A stretch of DNA of 36,580 bases from a virus. Taxonomy: Duplodnaviria > Caudoviricetes. The notes under the pieces were generated by a model that did no database searches, was not told the DNA's origin, and was given only the letters and a program-made list of their open reading frames with translations. Below, in pieces: positions 25,918 to 35,207 of this stretch (its first letter is position 1; each line of letters begins with the position of its first letter). The stretch covers positions 1-36,580 of the IMG/VR virus record IMGVR_UViG_3300005326_000257, one strand, 5' to 3'. The position numbers were made by a program, and so were the translations under genes.

Positions 25918-27203
25918 CTCATGCCTCGCAATTGTTTTTCTTTGTCTATCATTTTGAATATCTCTTCCGCTAAAGCTTTCTTTGCATCGCTTTGTTTTGA
26001 AAAATAATCATCAGCTTTTGTTATATCGATGTAATTTAAAGGTTGGATGTATGTGTCACCCCCATCAATCGGATTCATATTTTCCAATCTTCTGATGTCG
26101 TTTGCACTGAGCCAAGAATTTAGCCGCCCCTGCGCATAGGCTTCGTAACGGCTTTTAATGTCGCCCCTTAAAAGGGAATCAAATTTGAATTCCGTATAAT
26201 ATCCCGCTTTGCGCTGATCTCTTGTGAGTAATTGAAGATTGATATTTTCTTCAATCCTTTTCGCCCATGGGAGCATAGTGTATATGACAAATTCAAGCCC
26301 CTGATGCTCGATGTTGTTGTTTGTGGCTCTAAGAAGGTGTTGAACCAAATGCAGCGGCACGCGGTAGAATCTGCAGATTTCCTCTATTTGAAAATACTTC
26401 GATTCAAGGAGTTGCGCGTCTACGGGCTTTATGGTGAGTTCTTTTATGTTTGTGCCCTCTTCTATATACAAAGGCTTGTTGACGTGATCTACGCCGGTTC
26501 TTTTGTCAAACTGGCTTTTGAACCTATTAAACGCGATGTCGCTTAATGCTTTTGGATGAAAAACCACAAGGTTTGTATTTGCGCCGTTCTTATAGAAGTT
26601 CACACCGAATGATTCATATGTAAGTCCAAGATTGATTGCTTTTGTCGCGTAATTGATCGGGATTAACCCTGTTATACCGTTCATGCTTACGCCAGGGATA
26701 TGAAAGATATAGTCCCTTGTCAAGGTTTTTTGTGAGGCTCCGTCTTTAACTTTATATGTAAGTTTCTTTGTTTCATTGTCCCGCTCACAAATAACGTTTT
26801 CGTAATCTAACGGGTACAACGCTAGTAGTTCAGGCACTTTTGCTTTGCTGAATACTTTCTGTGCATAGGCGTTTCCACCCAAACAAAGGTTCATCATCAG
26901 AGATTCTTTAAAGTTGAACGGGGCCATTTCGTAATTCGGTTCATAGTGAAGGATGTCATAAAGCCCGATGTCATTACCCAACACCTTGCTTTTTTCATCT
27001 TCTCGCCTATATACAAACGCAGGCATACTTGCAAGTGTTTCACTCAACACACGAGTACAGGCGAATATGGCAGAATAACATAATGCAACTTCACGGTTGA
27101 TCTGTGATTCCGAATTTGTTGAATCGTCTCCGTGTAAAAACGCTTTGACGTAATCATTAAAACTATTGGAAAATGCAAATCTTAACCTGTCGATAACGTT
27201 CAT
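25914..27203 (-). CDS. Portal protein (HK97 family)
   Basis: AIFACTRVLSETLASMP; GNAY; IFHI; QLLESK...EEICRFYRVP; NNIEHQ; LLRGD; NDIRRLENMNPIDGGD. Confidence 0.97.
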   Translation of the reverse strand: MNVIDRLRFAFSNSFNDYVKAFLHGDDSTNSESQINREVALCYSAIFACTRVLSETLASMPAFVYRREDEKSKVLGNDIGLYDILHYEPNYEMAPFNFKESLMMNLCLGGNAYAQKVFSKAKVPELLALYPLDYENVICERDNETKKLTYKVKDGASQKTLTRDYIFHIPGVSMNGITGLIPINYATKAINLGLTYESFGVNFYKNGANTNLVVFHPKALSDIAFNRFKSQFDKRTGVDHVNKPLYIEEGTNIKELTIKPVDAQLLESKYFQIEEICRFYRVPLHLVQHLLRATNNNIEHQGLEFVIYTMLPWAKRIEENINLQLLTRDQRKAGYYTEFKFDSLLRGDIKSRYEAYAQGRLNSWLSANDIRRLENMNPIDGGDTYIQPLNYIDITKADDYFSKQSDAKKALAEEIFKMIDKEKQLRGMR

Positions 27204-27215
27204 GCCTTACCCCCT

Positions 27216-28832
27216 TTACAATGCGCGCGCTTCTCTCTTCTCAAACACGCTTTCTTCATTTATGGCGTTTAACGCCCGATTCATGGCATTGACTAAAGCT
27301 ACAAATCCGTCAATCCGCTTTGTTTTGTCCTGTGATTTCACCGGCCTTACGTTGTCGTTTTCATCCTGCTTGACTTCCAGGTTGTCAAACATCCAATTCA
27401 GTACCGGGTTGTTGCCGTGGTTCATATGTCTGCTTGTCAGTAATGCCTGTATCTCTTTCATGGCCGGGGACATGTCCTTGTATCCCTGTCTTACCGGCTC
27501 CGGATGAATCCCGTTGTCTTCCAAAACAATGGATGTCTGCATTGCGTTCCATGGATCGAATCCGATTTCCTGAATGTCATAGTCATCTTTCAGCCCGATA
27601 ATGGCTTTCTCGATGAACTTGTAATCAATTACGTTGCCTGGTGTCGCCTTGATGAGTCCTGCCTTTTCCCATCTGTCATATGGAACATGGTCTTTTTCCA
27701 CTCTCTCCCACATGTTATCTTCAGGTATCCAGAAAAACGGGAGGATGCACCATTTCGGATGCTCGTCATCAGGCGGAAACAATAGTGCAAATGCCGTTAT
27801 GTCCAATTTGCTTGATAAGTCCAACCCCCCGAAACACTTCCTGCGTTTCAATCTCTCCGGCACAATCAACCCTGCATTCTGGTTCCAAACTTCCATAGGC
27901 AGCCACTTGGAGGATTTTGTCTTCACCCAAATGTTTAACCTTAGTTGCTGGAAATTGATCTCGTCTGATTCGCTTCCGCTTACGCTGTCAAACGATTCTT
28001 TTACCGCTCCGTCCCTTACCGTGATACCGTCCGATGGATTGACCATTTTCCAGATTCTTTGATCTTTCCACGCTTCCTTAACGTCCTCGCCTTCCCACTT
28101 TTCACAACCCCATCCGGTCCAGATACGCTTTGCTTCAGGGTCAAATCCGAATATCACCGGGTAAAATGTGGGATCGATCTTCTTTCCGAGCAGGATGTCT
28201 TCAGCTTTTTTGTGTACTTCCCATCCGATGGATGTCCTTTCCGGGTCCCGGCCTGCGGTTGTGATGAAGAAGTATAATGGCTGCCGCCTTGCATCTCCGG
28301 AGCCAAATGTCATAACGTCGTATAAATTCCGGTTAGGCTGTGCATGTAGTTCATCAAACAAGCAAGTCGAAACGTTCAATCCGTGTTTTGTGTAAACTTC
28401 CGCCGACAATACCTGGTAAAATGATTTTGTCGGTTTATACACCAGCCGCTTGCGTGATAAAATCGGAATGATTCTTTTCCTTAGTTCCGGCTCCTGGTCA
28501 ACCATTTCAACCGCTACGTCAAACGCAAGGCTTGCTTGTCCTTTATCCGCCGCACACCCATAGATTTCACCAGCCCATTCCCCATCAGCGCATAATTGCT
28601 TTAATCCAAGGGCACTGATCAATTCGGTTTTACCGTTCTTTTTCGGGATTTCGACATACACCATTCGGTATTGTCTCGTCCCATCTGTTTTCAAGGTTCC
28701 GTATACATCCCGGATAATCCGGTCTTCCCAAGGTAATAAATCAAAGTAGCATCCATGCCATGGGTCTTTTACGTGTTTTAAACCTGTTACAAAGTCAATC
28801 GCCTGTCGTGCCGCAATCTCGCCCTGCGTCAT
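27216..28832 (-). CDS. terL: Terminase large subunit
   Basis: Walker A IPKKNGKT, Walker B LFDELH, ITTAG; nuclease GGLDLS, RIDG.VA. Confidence 0.97.
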   Translation of the reverse strand: MTQGEIAARQAIDFVTGLKHVKDPWHGCYFDLLPWEDRIIRDVYGTLKTDGTRQYRMVYVEIPKKNGKTELISALGLKQLCADGEWAGEIYGCAADKGQASLAFDVAVEMVDQEPELRKRIIPILSRKRLVYKPTKSFYQVLSAEVYTKHGLNVSTCLFDELHAQPNRNLYDVMTFGSGDARRQPLYFFITTAGRDPERTSIGWEVHKKAEDILLGKKIDPTFYPVIFGFDPEAKRIWTGWGCEKWEGEDVKEAWKDQRIWKMVNPSDGITVRDGAVKESFDSVSGSESDEINFQQLRLNIWVKTKSSKWLPMEVWNQNAGLIVPERLKRRKCFGGLDLSSKLDITAFALLFPPDDEHPKWCILPFFWIPEDNMWERVEKDHVPYDRWEKAGLIKATPGNVIDYKFIEKAIIGLKDDYDIQEIGFDPWNAMQTSIVLEDNGIHPEPVRQGYKDMSPAMKEIQALLTSRHMNHGNNPVLNWMFDNLEVKQDENDNVRPVKSQDKTKRIDGFVALVNAMNRALNAINEESVFEKREARAL

Positions 28833-28836
28833 GCCA

Positions 28837-29328
28837 TCACCCGCTTAACGTCCGGCTGAATTTGCTTGCCTTTTCCGGTGCGTTCGGTGTCACAAGCCCC
28901 GCCCTATCCGCCGGGGAAAGCCCGAATTTTCCAAGGTAATCACTCATTAACTTTGCATATCGTTGCGCAATGGACACTTGCGGAAGCTGCTGTAAATATC
29001 CGGATGTGGTTTTAATCATAAATCCGTTGAAATTGCCGTTTGTGTCATGGCTGTACTTTTCAAGGAATTCCTCTGCCTGCATCCACCGGGCATAACATTG
29101 GCAATAAGCAGCAAGCGCAGCGTTGTCAATCTCAGTCAGTAGCCCAAGTTCCTGCAACTTTACGGACATGCGCTCCCACTCCGCAAGGGCTTCACCTTTC
29201 AACACTTTGGGGCATGGAGGCATGACAGGCTTTGGCTTCGGTTCATCCTGATTAAGCGGACGCTTCCCAGGGTTCCCGTTTAAAACCTTTAAAACCGTTG
29301 GTGTTGCAGGCCTGCCGACTTTTGCCAT
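28837..29328 (-). CDS. terS: Terminase small subunit (P27 family)
   Basis: GRPATPT..KVLNGNPGKRPLN..EP; LAAYCQ; FGLSPADR. Confidence 0.95.
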   Translation of the reverse strand: MAKVGRPATPTVLKVLNGNPGKRPLNQDEPKPKPVMPPCPKVLKGEALAEWERMSVKLQELGLLTEIDNAALAAYCQCYARWMQAEEFLEKYSHDTNGNFNGFMIKTTSGYLQQLPQVSIAQRYAKLMSDYLGKFGLSPADRAGLVTPNAPEKASKFSRTLSG

Positions 29329-29354
29329 TCTTTCTCACCCCGTTTTTGCGCAAC

Positions 29355-29390
29355 AAAAAAGCCGCTTGGGCGGTCAACCCAAACGGCTTT
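29355..29390 (-). terminator. Terminator-like hairpin in the terS leader
   Basis: Minus strand AAAGCCGTTTGGG-N7-CCCAAGCGGC-TTTTTT. Confidence 0.6.
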
Positions 29391-29418
29391 ACTTAGCTAC
29401 AACTATACTATTGTAACT

Positions 29419-29478
29419 ATTGTATCATGGCTAAAACGACAATGCAAATCACGGGATATATGCGACACAAAAACGACA
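29419..29478 (-). promoter_or_regulatory. Putative activator-dependent late promoter
   Basis: TGaTACAAT (29419-29427) with three TGTCG direct repeats upstream (29437-41, 29463-67, 29474-78). Confidence 0.55.
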
Positions 29479-29497
29479 AAAATATTTTGAAAAGGTA

Positions 29498-29526
29498 TTG
29501 ACAGCGGAGTACATATGGGGTACAAT
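29498..29526 (+). promoter_or_regulatory. Near-consensus sigmaA promoter of the plus-strand operon
   Basis: TTGACA-17 bp-TACAAT; two GTAC motifs overlap the spacer and -10. Confidence 0.8.
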
Positions 29527-29562
29527 AAGTATATAAAGTAAATTTGAAAGGAAGTCGAAAGT

Positions 29563-29901
29563 ATGAAAAATTCAGAGTTCGTAGCCATGGTAAAGAAGGA
29601 ACTAGATGAGCTATTAGCGATGAAAGATAACGAAGTATTTGGATCACTCTACAATGAAGGTCAAACCCGTGTAGAGATAAAAAAGTACATAATTGATATT
29701 GCAAGGCAAGAAACCGTTAAAAAAATCCAGTCAGGTGGCGGAGTAGAAGTTATAAAGGATTACGATTCATATGTGAATCGTATCGAAAACGAGCTAAAAA
29801 GTATTAATTTTAAATACCCCGACATTGCAAGGTCACAAGTCGAAAGCCTTGCATATCACTGGAACGGGGCTGGTAAATTGCTCTTTGATGATGAAGAATA
29901 G
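29563..29901 (+). CDS. Hypothetical protein (112 aa), first gene of the operon
   Basis: AAGGA RBS just downstream of the promoter. Confidence 0.75.
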   Translation: MKNSEFVAMVKKELDELLAMKDNEVFGSLYNEGQTRVEIKKYIIDIARQETVKKIQSGGGVEVIKDYDSYVNRIENELKSINFKYPDIARSQVESLAYHWNGAGKLLFDDEE

Positions 29902-29928
29902 CAGATTATAGCCGGGTTTATTCCGGTT

Positions 29929-29989
29929 GCCCTGCAATATCCCAGCCTCCACGCGGCGTAGGGTGGGCGCAGAAATGCGGCGAATGGGA
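29929..29989 (+). ncRNA. HDV-like self-cleaving ribozyme (minimal)
   Basis: P1 GCCCUGC/GUAGGGU with G1-U wobble; P2 UCCCA/UGGGA; P3 GCC/GGC; L3 UCCACGC; P1.1 CC/GG; P4 CGCA-GAAA-UGCG; J4/2 GCGAA with catalytic-position C29981. Confidence 0.88.
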
Positions 29990-30013
29990 GATACGCACAA
30001 AGGGGAAACAATC

Positions 30014-31111
30014 ATGATAATGAATTTCTTTTGTGAAAAATGCAAACAAGAATATTCAAGGCCAACCTATACGAATACATCGACAAAAAACTCAAAAGAG
30101 TTTTGGAGAGAGAAGGAGGGTGCGGAGTACGGCCTTTGTCCTGACTGCTGGAAAGCGGAAAAGGATGAGAAACGTCAAAAAGCTATGGAAGATGCATGTT
30201 TCCCAAAGCTCGAAGGTTCAGAAAAGCAGATATTTTGGGCTGAAAAAATAAGGTTTGAAAAATATGAATTGGGCCAGGATTATGTTTCAAGCCTCAAGCC
30301 CAAAGGCGTAGAAGCCTATGAGAGGCTGTTCGGTATGACCGAGGCAAGATTCTGGATTGACAACCGGAATAAAGGTTTCAAGGAATTGCTGACTATGGTT
30401 GCCTTCATGGCTCCTGCCGATGTAGATGCGGAGATCAAAAATGAAGAGGAAAAGGAATGTAAAGCGAAAATACGGATACTACGGCCTGAAAAACCGGTGG
30501 ACGAAACGCCAGTGGAGATAAGAGTTACTGAGACTACGATTACTGTTATATCCAAGAAGGATGAGAGAATCATCGAAACCTGCAAGGATGCTGGCTACAG
30601 TTGGGTCACCGGATCTGGATGGGTTAAAAAAATCTCTTTTCGCACTGGCTCACCGGTAGATCGGGCGGCTGAGGTGGGAAATAAGCTGTTGAGTATGGGT
30701 TATCCGGTGGCAATAGATAATGTCGAAGCTGCTGACAAAGCTGTCAACGCAGGATTTGAATTGGAACATACAAGATGGATATCGGTGCCGGCAAACACTA
30801 AGGGGGAATTGCATATAGGTTGGCAAAGGCGGGATGAGTCGTTATATGAGACAGCTAGATCTCTTCCGGGGTCAAGTTATTCAAGCCCCAGTGTTGTGGT
30901 GCCAGTTAAGTATTTCCGCGAGGTTGAGGATTTTGCGGAATTGTACGGCTTTAGGTTTGGCCCGGGAGCATTAAAAGCAATCGAGGAATATAAGACCAAC
31001 CTAGAGATCACTACGGTCAAGCCAGAGAAAGCACCGGAGCAGGAGAAACCAAAAGGACTGGAAGGAATCATGCGGGATATTGGAACTATTGAGGATTTAA
31101 AGGATGATTGA
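30014..31111 (+). CDS. 365-aa protein with N-terminal Cys motifs and GSEKQIxWA domain; possible helicase accessory
   Basis: AAGGGG RBS, ATG 30014 (the track start lies inside the ribozyme); CEKC...CPDC; PKLEGSEKQIFWAEKIR. Confidence 0.75.
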   Translation: MIMNFFCEKCKQEYSRPTYTNTSTKNSKEFWREKEGAEYGLCPDCWKAEKDEKRQKAMEDACFPKLEGSEKQIFWAEKIRFEKYELGQDYVSSLKPKGVEAYERLFGMTEARFWIDNRNKGFKELLTMVAFMAPADVDAEIKNEEEKECKAKIRILRPEKPVDETPVEIRVTETTITVISKKDERIIETCKDAGYSWVTGSGWVKKISFRTGSPVDRAAEVGNKLLSMGYPVAIDNVEAADKAVNAGFELEHTRWISVPANTKGELHIGWQRRDESLYETARSLPGSSYSSPSVVVPVKYFREVEDFAELYGFRFGPGALKAIEEYKTNLEITTVKPEKAPEQEKPKGLEGIMRDIGTIEDLKDD

Positions 31112-31124
31112 GAGGAGAAATGAT

Positions 31125-31298
31125 ATGAAAAAGTTGTTTTGTCCTTATTGCGGAGAGCTGTTGTTAAATGGTTGCGACTGTGCCAGAGAAGCAGCGGAGG
31201 CAGAAAGAGAGTTTATTGAGGATTACGAGAATAGCCCTGAAACACTTTATGGATGGGCACAGCAGGATTTAATTGATTTACGCAGGAGAGAAAGATGA
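31125..31298 (+). CDS. 57-aa Cys-rich acidic protein
   Basis: GAGGAG RBS; CPYC...CDC; ATGA overlap with the helicase. Confidence 0.65.
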   Translation: MKKLFCPYCGELLLNGCDCAREAAEAEREFIEDYENSPETLYGWAQQDLIDLRRRER

Positions 31299-32704
31299 TT
31301 TTTAAAACTCAACTCCTTCCACACCAAATAGCAGCCTTTGAAAAGCTCCGGCACCTGAAAGTCGGAGCACTATATATGGAGATGGGTACCGGTAAAACCC
31401 GAACAGCGCTGGAGCTTATTGCTTTGCGTTACGATGCTGGCAAGGTTGATCATGTGCTGTGTTTATGCCCATGCTCCGTCAAGCCCACAATCAAGGCAGA
31501 ACTAGCAAAGCATGTAGCGGATGATACCCGTATGTTTACGGTGGATGGCATTGAGAGCCTGTCTCAGTCAGACAGGTTATATCTGAAACTGCTGAATTTG
31601 GTTGCTGAAAAGAAGGTTTTTTTAGTGGTGGACGAGAGCAACCTTGTTAAAAATCATTTTGCGAAGCGTACAAAAAGAATAGCGGCACTGGCAAAGTCAT
31701 GCGCTTATCGCCTGATCCTGAATGGCACCCCGGTCAGCAAAAACGAAGCTGATTTATTTGCCCAGTGGTTTATCCTGGATGAGCGTATATTGGGCTATCA
31801 CTCATTCTGGAGCTTTGCGGCAAATCACTTGGAGTACGATGAGTACGGCAAGGTATGCAATGTACTCAATGTGGACTACCTTACAAGAAAAATAGCTCCG
31901 TACTCGTATATTGTAAATAAGGACGAATGTATAAAGTTGCCTGAAAAAAAATACCGCACACGTTATTTCTGGCTGACAAAAGAGCAGGATTTCGCGTATT
32001 ATAACGCAAAAGATCAACTGTTGGTCAATGTCGATGAGTTCGACAGTACGACGATATATAAGCTTTTTACGGGCCTGCAGCAGGTTGCCAGTGGGAATGA
32101 AATAGTCAGCGTAGATCCATTAAAAAGTATTCCTTTGTTTACGAATCCGCTGGATAACCCACGGATTGAGGCGCTGCTGGATGAAGTTGGCGGAGTTGAT
32201 AATAAGATAATAATATGGTGTAAATATAGAATGGAAATAGATGACGTCGGCAAGGTGTTGCGGGATAAATACGGCGAGAGCAGTGTAGCACAGTTTCACG
32301 GCGGGATTAGTTTAAAAAATAGAAATATCGAGATGGAAAAATTCAGAAATGAAGCTCAGTTTCTTATAGCCAATAAGGCGTGTGGAGGTTACGGACTAAA
32401 CCTGCAGTTTTGTTCAAATATGATATACTATTCAAATGATTTTAATTGGGCGACAAGGGCACAGTCAGAGGACCGGGTCCACCGGCTGGGACAAGATAAT
32501 AATGTGAGGATTGTTGACATATGCGCCAGGAGCAAGATTGATGAGAGGATACTGTCAAACCTGCATCGAAAAGGTAATCTATGCGATTGGTTTAAATGTG
32601 AGCTGAAAAAGAACAGGGCGAACATATCCGCCTGGCTTGATGGAAAGGATGATCTACATGATAAGGATCGGCTTGGGACAGAGGGAGAAACAGAAAGTAA
32701 TTGA
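31295..32704 (+). CDS. SNF2-family (SF2) helicase/ATPase
   Basis: LLPHQ; MEMGTGKT; VVDES; LILNGTP; GGYGLNLQ; QSEDRVHRLGQ. Confidence 0.93.
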   Translation: MIFKTQLLPHQIAAFEKLRHLKVGALYMEMGTGKTRTALELIALRYDAGKVDHVLCLCPCSVKPTIKAELAKHVADDTRMFTVDGIESLSQSDRLYLKLLNLVAEKKVFLVVDESNLVKNHFAKRTKRIAALAKSCAYRLILNGTPVSKNEADLFAQWFILDERILGYHSFWSFAANHLEYDEYGKVCNVLNVDYLTRKIAPYSYIVNKDECIKLPEKKYRTRYFWLTKEQDFAYYNAKDQLLVNVDEFDSTTIYKLFTGLQQVASGNEIVSVDPLKSIPLFTNPLDNPRIEALLDEVGGVDNKIIIWCKYRMEIDDVGKVLRDKYGESSVAQFHGGISLKNRNIEMEKFRNEAQFLIANKACGGYGLNLQFCSNMIYYSNDFNWATRAQSEDRVHRLGQDNNVRIVDICARSKIDERILSNLHRKGNLCDWFKCELKKNRANISAWLDGKDDLHDKDRLGTEGETESN

Positions 32705-33533
32705 TGAACTTTTGACCGGGAAAAACATTAAAAAAGTATTCTGCTTTTACTATAAGGATTTCCCGGTAAAGTACAAGGCTGACTGTGAAATAGAGTACAT
32801 TGAATATGCAGATATTGAAATGTACAAATTTTTCTACCGGCTCCTGGAAGAGATCGGGAACGACAGCCTTATTATCATGGATGGGTGCATGCGGACGCAG
32901 AACCGGAGCGAGCTTATATACAACTGCGCTCACCACTACCTCAACCAGACGCCGCACAAGATCATATTCGATCACTTTCCGATCATCGATACGAAGGATG
33001 ATTTTATGATTCTTCTGGACTTTTTGAATAAGGGGAAGTACAAAGGAAAGTCGTTTGATTACATTTTCCTGCAGCAGGAAGACATCCAAATCAAACCCCA
33101 CAAGGTAAGGATGGACCTGATACCGGTGGAGATATCAGAAAACGACAAGGCAAGGTATGAGGCAAAGAAGGAGGATCTATTCAATAATTTGGGCAATAAG
33201 GATCCGGACACGGTTCCGAGAGTTCTGCAGCTGTTTGCCGGCGATCTAAAAAAGAAAGCTGTACAACCAGATCAGCTTTATATTGCGAGGAACAAACGAT
33301 TTAAACTTGAAAATGTATTATCTTATGACGAGATTAGAGCAAAGGGACAGTACATTGTCATTGATACCCATTACAGGCGCCTTAATATGAATAATTTTCT
33401 GAAAGTTACCGGCATGACTACGATTAAATATCTATGCACTACATTACCAATCGACTCTGTTATAATTAAAGAGTTTGCGGAATGGAAAGCGAGGCTAGAT
33501 GCAATATATGCTCAAGCAAGTATATATCAATAA
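32658..33533 (+). CDS. Hypothetical protein, possibly a degenerate helicase-like domain
   Basis: Overlaps both neighbours; LIIMDGCMRT resembles a degenerate Walker B region; no Walker A. Confidence 0.6.
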   Translation: MIRIGLGQREKQKVIDELLTGKNIKKVFCFYYKDFPVKYKADCEIEYIEYADIEMYKFFYRLLEEIGNDSLIIMDGCMRTQNRSELIYNCAHHYLNQTPHKIIFDHFPIIDTKDDFMILLDFLNKGKYKGKSFDYIFLQQEDIQIKPHKVRMDLIPVEISENDKARYEAKKEDLFNNLGNKDPDTVPRVLQLFAGDLKKKAVQPDQLYIARNKRFKLENVLSYDEIRAKGQYIVIDTHYRRLNMNNFLKVTGMTTIKYLCTTLPIDSVIIKEFAEWKARLDAIYAQASIYQ

Positions 33534-34626
33534 AAACGTATTGGAAGCCGTAAAAGAAAGAATATCATATATTTTTGATGAGTTTGAAAACATATGTGTT
33601 AGTATTTCCGGAGGCAAGGATAGTACAGTATTGGCACATCTGGCATTATCGGAGGCCCACCGGCGCGGACGTAGAATAGGTGTATTTTTTTTGGATGAAG
33701 AAGTAGTGTATGAGAGTACAGTCAATCAGACAAAATACATCATGAGTTTGTATCCGGAAAACACCATAAAGTTATGGTTCCAAATTGAATTCAATCTCAC
33801 GAATTCAACGTCGATAAAAGACGGCCAGCTCAAATGCTGGGAGCGCGGCAAACATGAACTGTGGATGCGCACCAAGGAACCAGATAGCATCCAATATAAG
33901 CCGTGGGATCGGGCGAAGGAGACAATCAGAGATAAGAACAAGGGATTCGGCTTTTATGACGCACTGGACAACTTCCAGAATTCCCGGCATGATACTGCTT
34001 TCCTTGTTGGCCTCCGCGCTACAGAGAGCCCGAATAGATGGCGGGCTGTATCAAAGAATCCGGGGTATAAGGATATTTGTTGGTGCACAAAAGGTAATGG
34101 CGGAAATGTAAATTTCTACCCATTGTATGACTGGAATTTTCATGATATATGGAAATATATATATGACAACAATCTGAAGTACAGCAAGATATATGATTTC
34201 CAGTACAAGAAGGGTATGGGATTGCAGGAGATTAGAGTATCCAGCCTGATCCACGAGAAGTCCTTCAAGGCGCTAGTAGAGCTACCGGAATTTGAACCTA
34301 AAACCTATGACAAACTACTGAAACGGATTGACGGCATTGCGGTAGGCCATATCTACGGTAAAAACAGTCAGATGCTCCGGGTGAGTAAGCTGCCGAAAAA
34401 CTATAAAAGCTGGAAGGAATATAGGGACTTCCTGCTTGAGACGTATCCGGATCCGACTAAAAAAGAGATATTCGTCAAACGGTTTGCCAGGTACCTTGAT
34501 AATAATTATGTAGCACGCCAGGAGTGCCGGCAGCTCATCCTGAATGATTACGAGAACAACCTACCGGTGGATAACAAACCGGATCCAAGAGAAGAGACAA
34601 TAAAAAAGTGGAGGGAATTACTGTGA
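33508..34626 (+). CDS. PAPS-reductase-family PP-loop protein (IbrA/DUF3440-like)
   Basis: VSISGGKDS; FFLDEE; LVGLRATESPNRW; FYPLYDW...DIWKY; MG...IRVS; EPKTY.KL.KRI.G. Confidence 0.9.
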   Translation: MLKQVYINKNVLEAVKERISYIFDEFENICVSISGGKDSTVLAHLALSEAHRRGRRIGVFFLDEEVVYESTVNQTKYIMSLYPENTIKLWFQIEFNLTNSTSIKDGQLKCWERGKHELWMRTKEPDSIQYKPWDRAKETIRDKNKGFGFYDALDNFQNSRHDTAFLVGLRATESPNRWRAVSKNPGYKDICWCTKGNGGNVNFYPLYDWNFHDIWKYIYDNNLKYSKIYDFQYKKGMGLQEIRVSSLIHEKSFKALVELPEFEPKTYDKLLKRIDGIAVGHIYGKNSQMLRVSKLPKNYKSWKEYRDFLLETYPDPTKKEIFVKRFARYLDNNYVARQECRQLILNDYENNLPVDNKPDPREETIKKWRELL

Positions 34627-35207
34627 GGGAAATAAAAACGGAAGAATACGGGACGTTCTTGATACCGGACACTCCGGTGATAAAAACAAAATACGGCCCA
34701 ATTAAATTAGTATCTCAGACAGCTATCGTTGCACCGATAGAGTTAGTTCAGGCCAATAACTATAATCCCAACAGCGTAGACAGTAAAAACATGGAATTAC
34801 TGAGACAATCCATAGTGGATAATGGCTTTTGTTTTGGCATAGTTACAGTTTGGGACGAGGATCTGCAGAAGTTTGTTATTGTGGATGGCTTCCACAGGTA
34901 TGACATTTTTAAAAACGTTCTGCAGGCCAAAGAGATATCAATATATGTACTGGACCAGGTGCCGGCGCAAAGGATGGCCGCAACCGTTCAGTTTAACCGA
35001 GCCCGTGGCGTACACCAGGTTGACCTTATGGGCGACCTGGTGAGAGCGCTGTTTGAACAGGGCGAAGATGATGAAGCAATTGCTAAGCATTTGGGCATGG
35101 AGTTGGAAGAAGTATTCCGGCTCAAACAAGTTACGGGAATTGCAGAATTATTTAAGAATCAGACATACTCCCGATCGTGGGAGATGCAGGAGGTAGGAAA
35201 TGGCTGA
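34623..35207 (+). CDS. ParB/Srx N-terminal domain protein (IbrB-like)
   Basis: ANNYNPNSV...LL.QSI..NGF..GIV; IVDGFHRY; RMAATVQFNRARGVH; IAKHLGMELEEV.RL. GTGA overlap. Confidence 0.9.
   Translation: MREIKTEEYGTFLIPDTPVIKTKYGPIKLVSQTAIVAPIELVQANNYNPNSVDSKNMELLRQSIVDNGFCFGIVTVWDEDLQKFVIVDGFHRYDIFKNVLQAKEISIYVLDQVPAQRMAATVQFNRARGVHQVDLMGDLVRALFEQGEDDEAIAKHLGMELEEVFRLKQVTGIAELFKNQTYSRSWEMQEVGNG

Noticed and set aside
25914-28832. Intron or intein in terminase or portal
   Set aside because: Both ORFs are continuous and of normal length, with no intein motifs seen.
8600-29300. Numerous plus-strand ORFs in the track overlapping late genes
   Set aside because: Antisense shadows of well-supported genes, with no RBS or recognisable motifs.
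29860-29990. tRNA-associated ribozyme with stop-codon recoding
   Set aside because: No tRNA precedes the ribozyme, and all recognisable genes read intact in the standard bacterial code.
29927-30013. N-terminal 29 aa of the track's 394-aa ORF
   Set aside because: TTG start without an RBS, coinciding with the ribozyme; the RBS supports ATG 30014.
33508-34626. Calling the PAPS-reductase-like gene dndC/sspD (phosphorothioation) or cysH
   Set aside because: No CC...CxxC Fe-S motif and no desulfurase or other dnd/ssp genes; motifs fit the IbrA/DUF3440 type better. The chemistry is left open.
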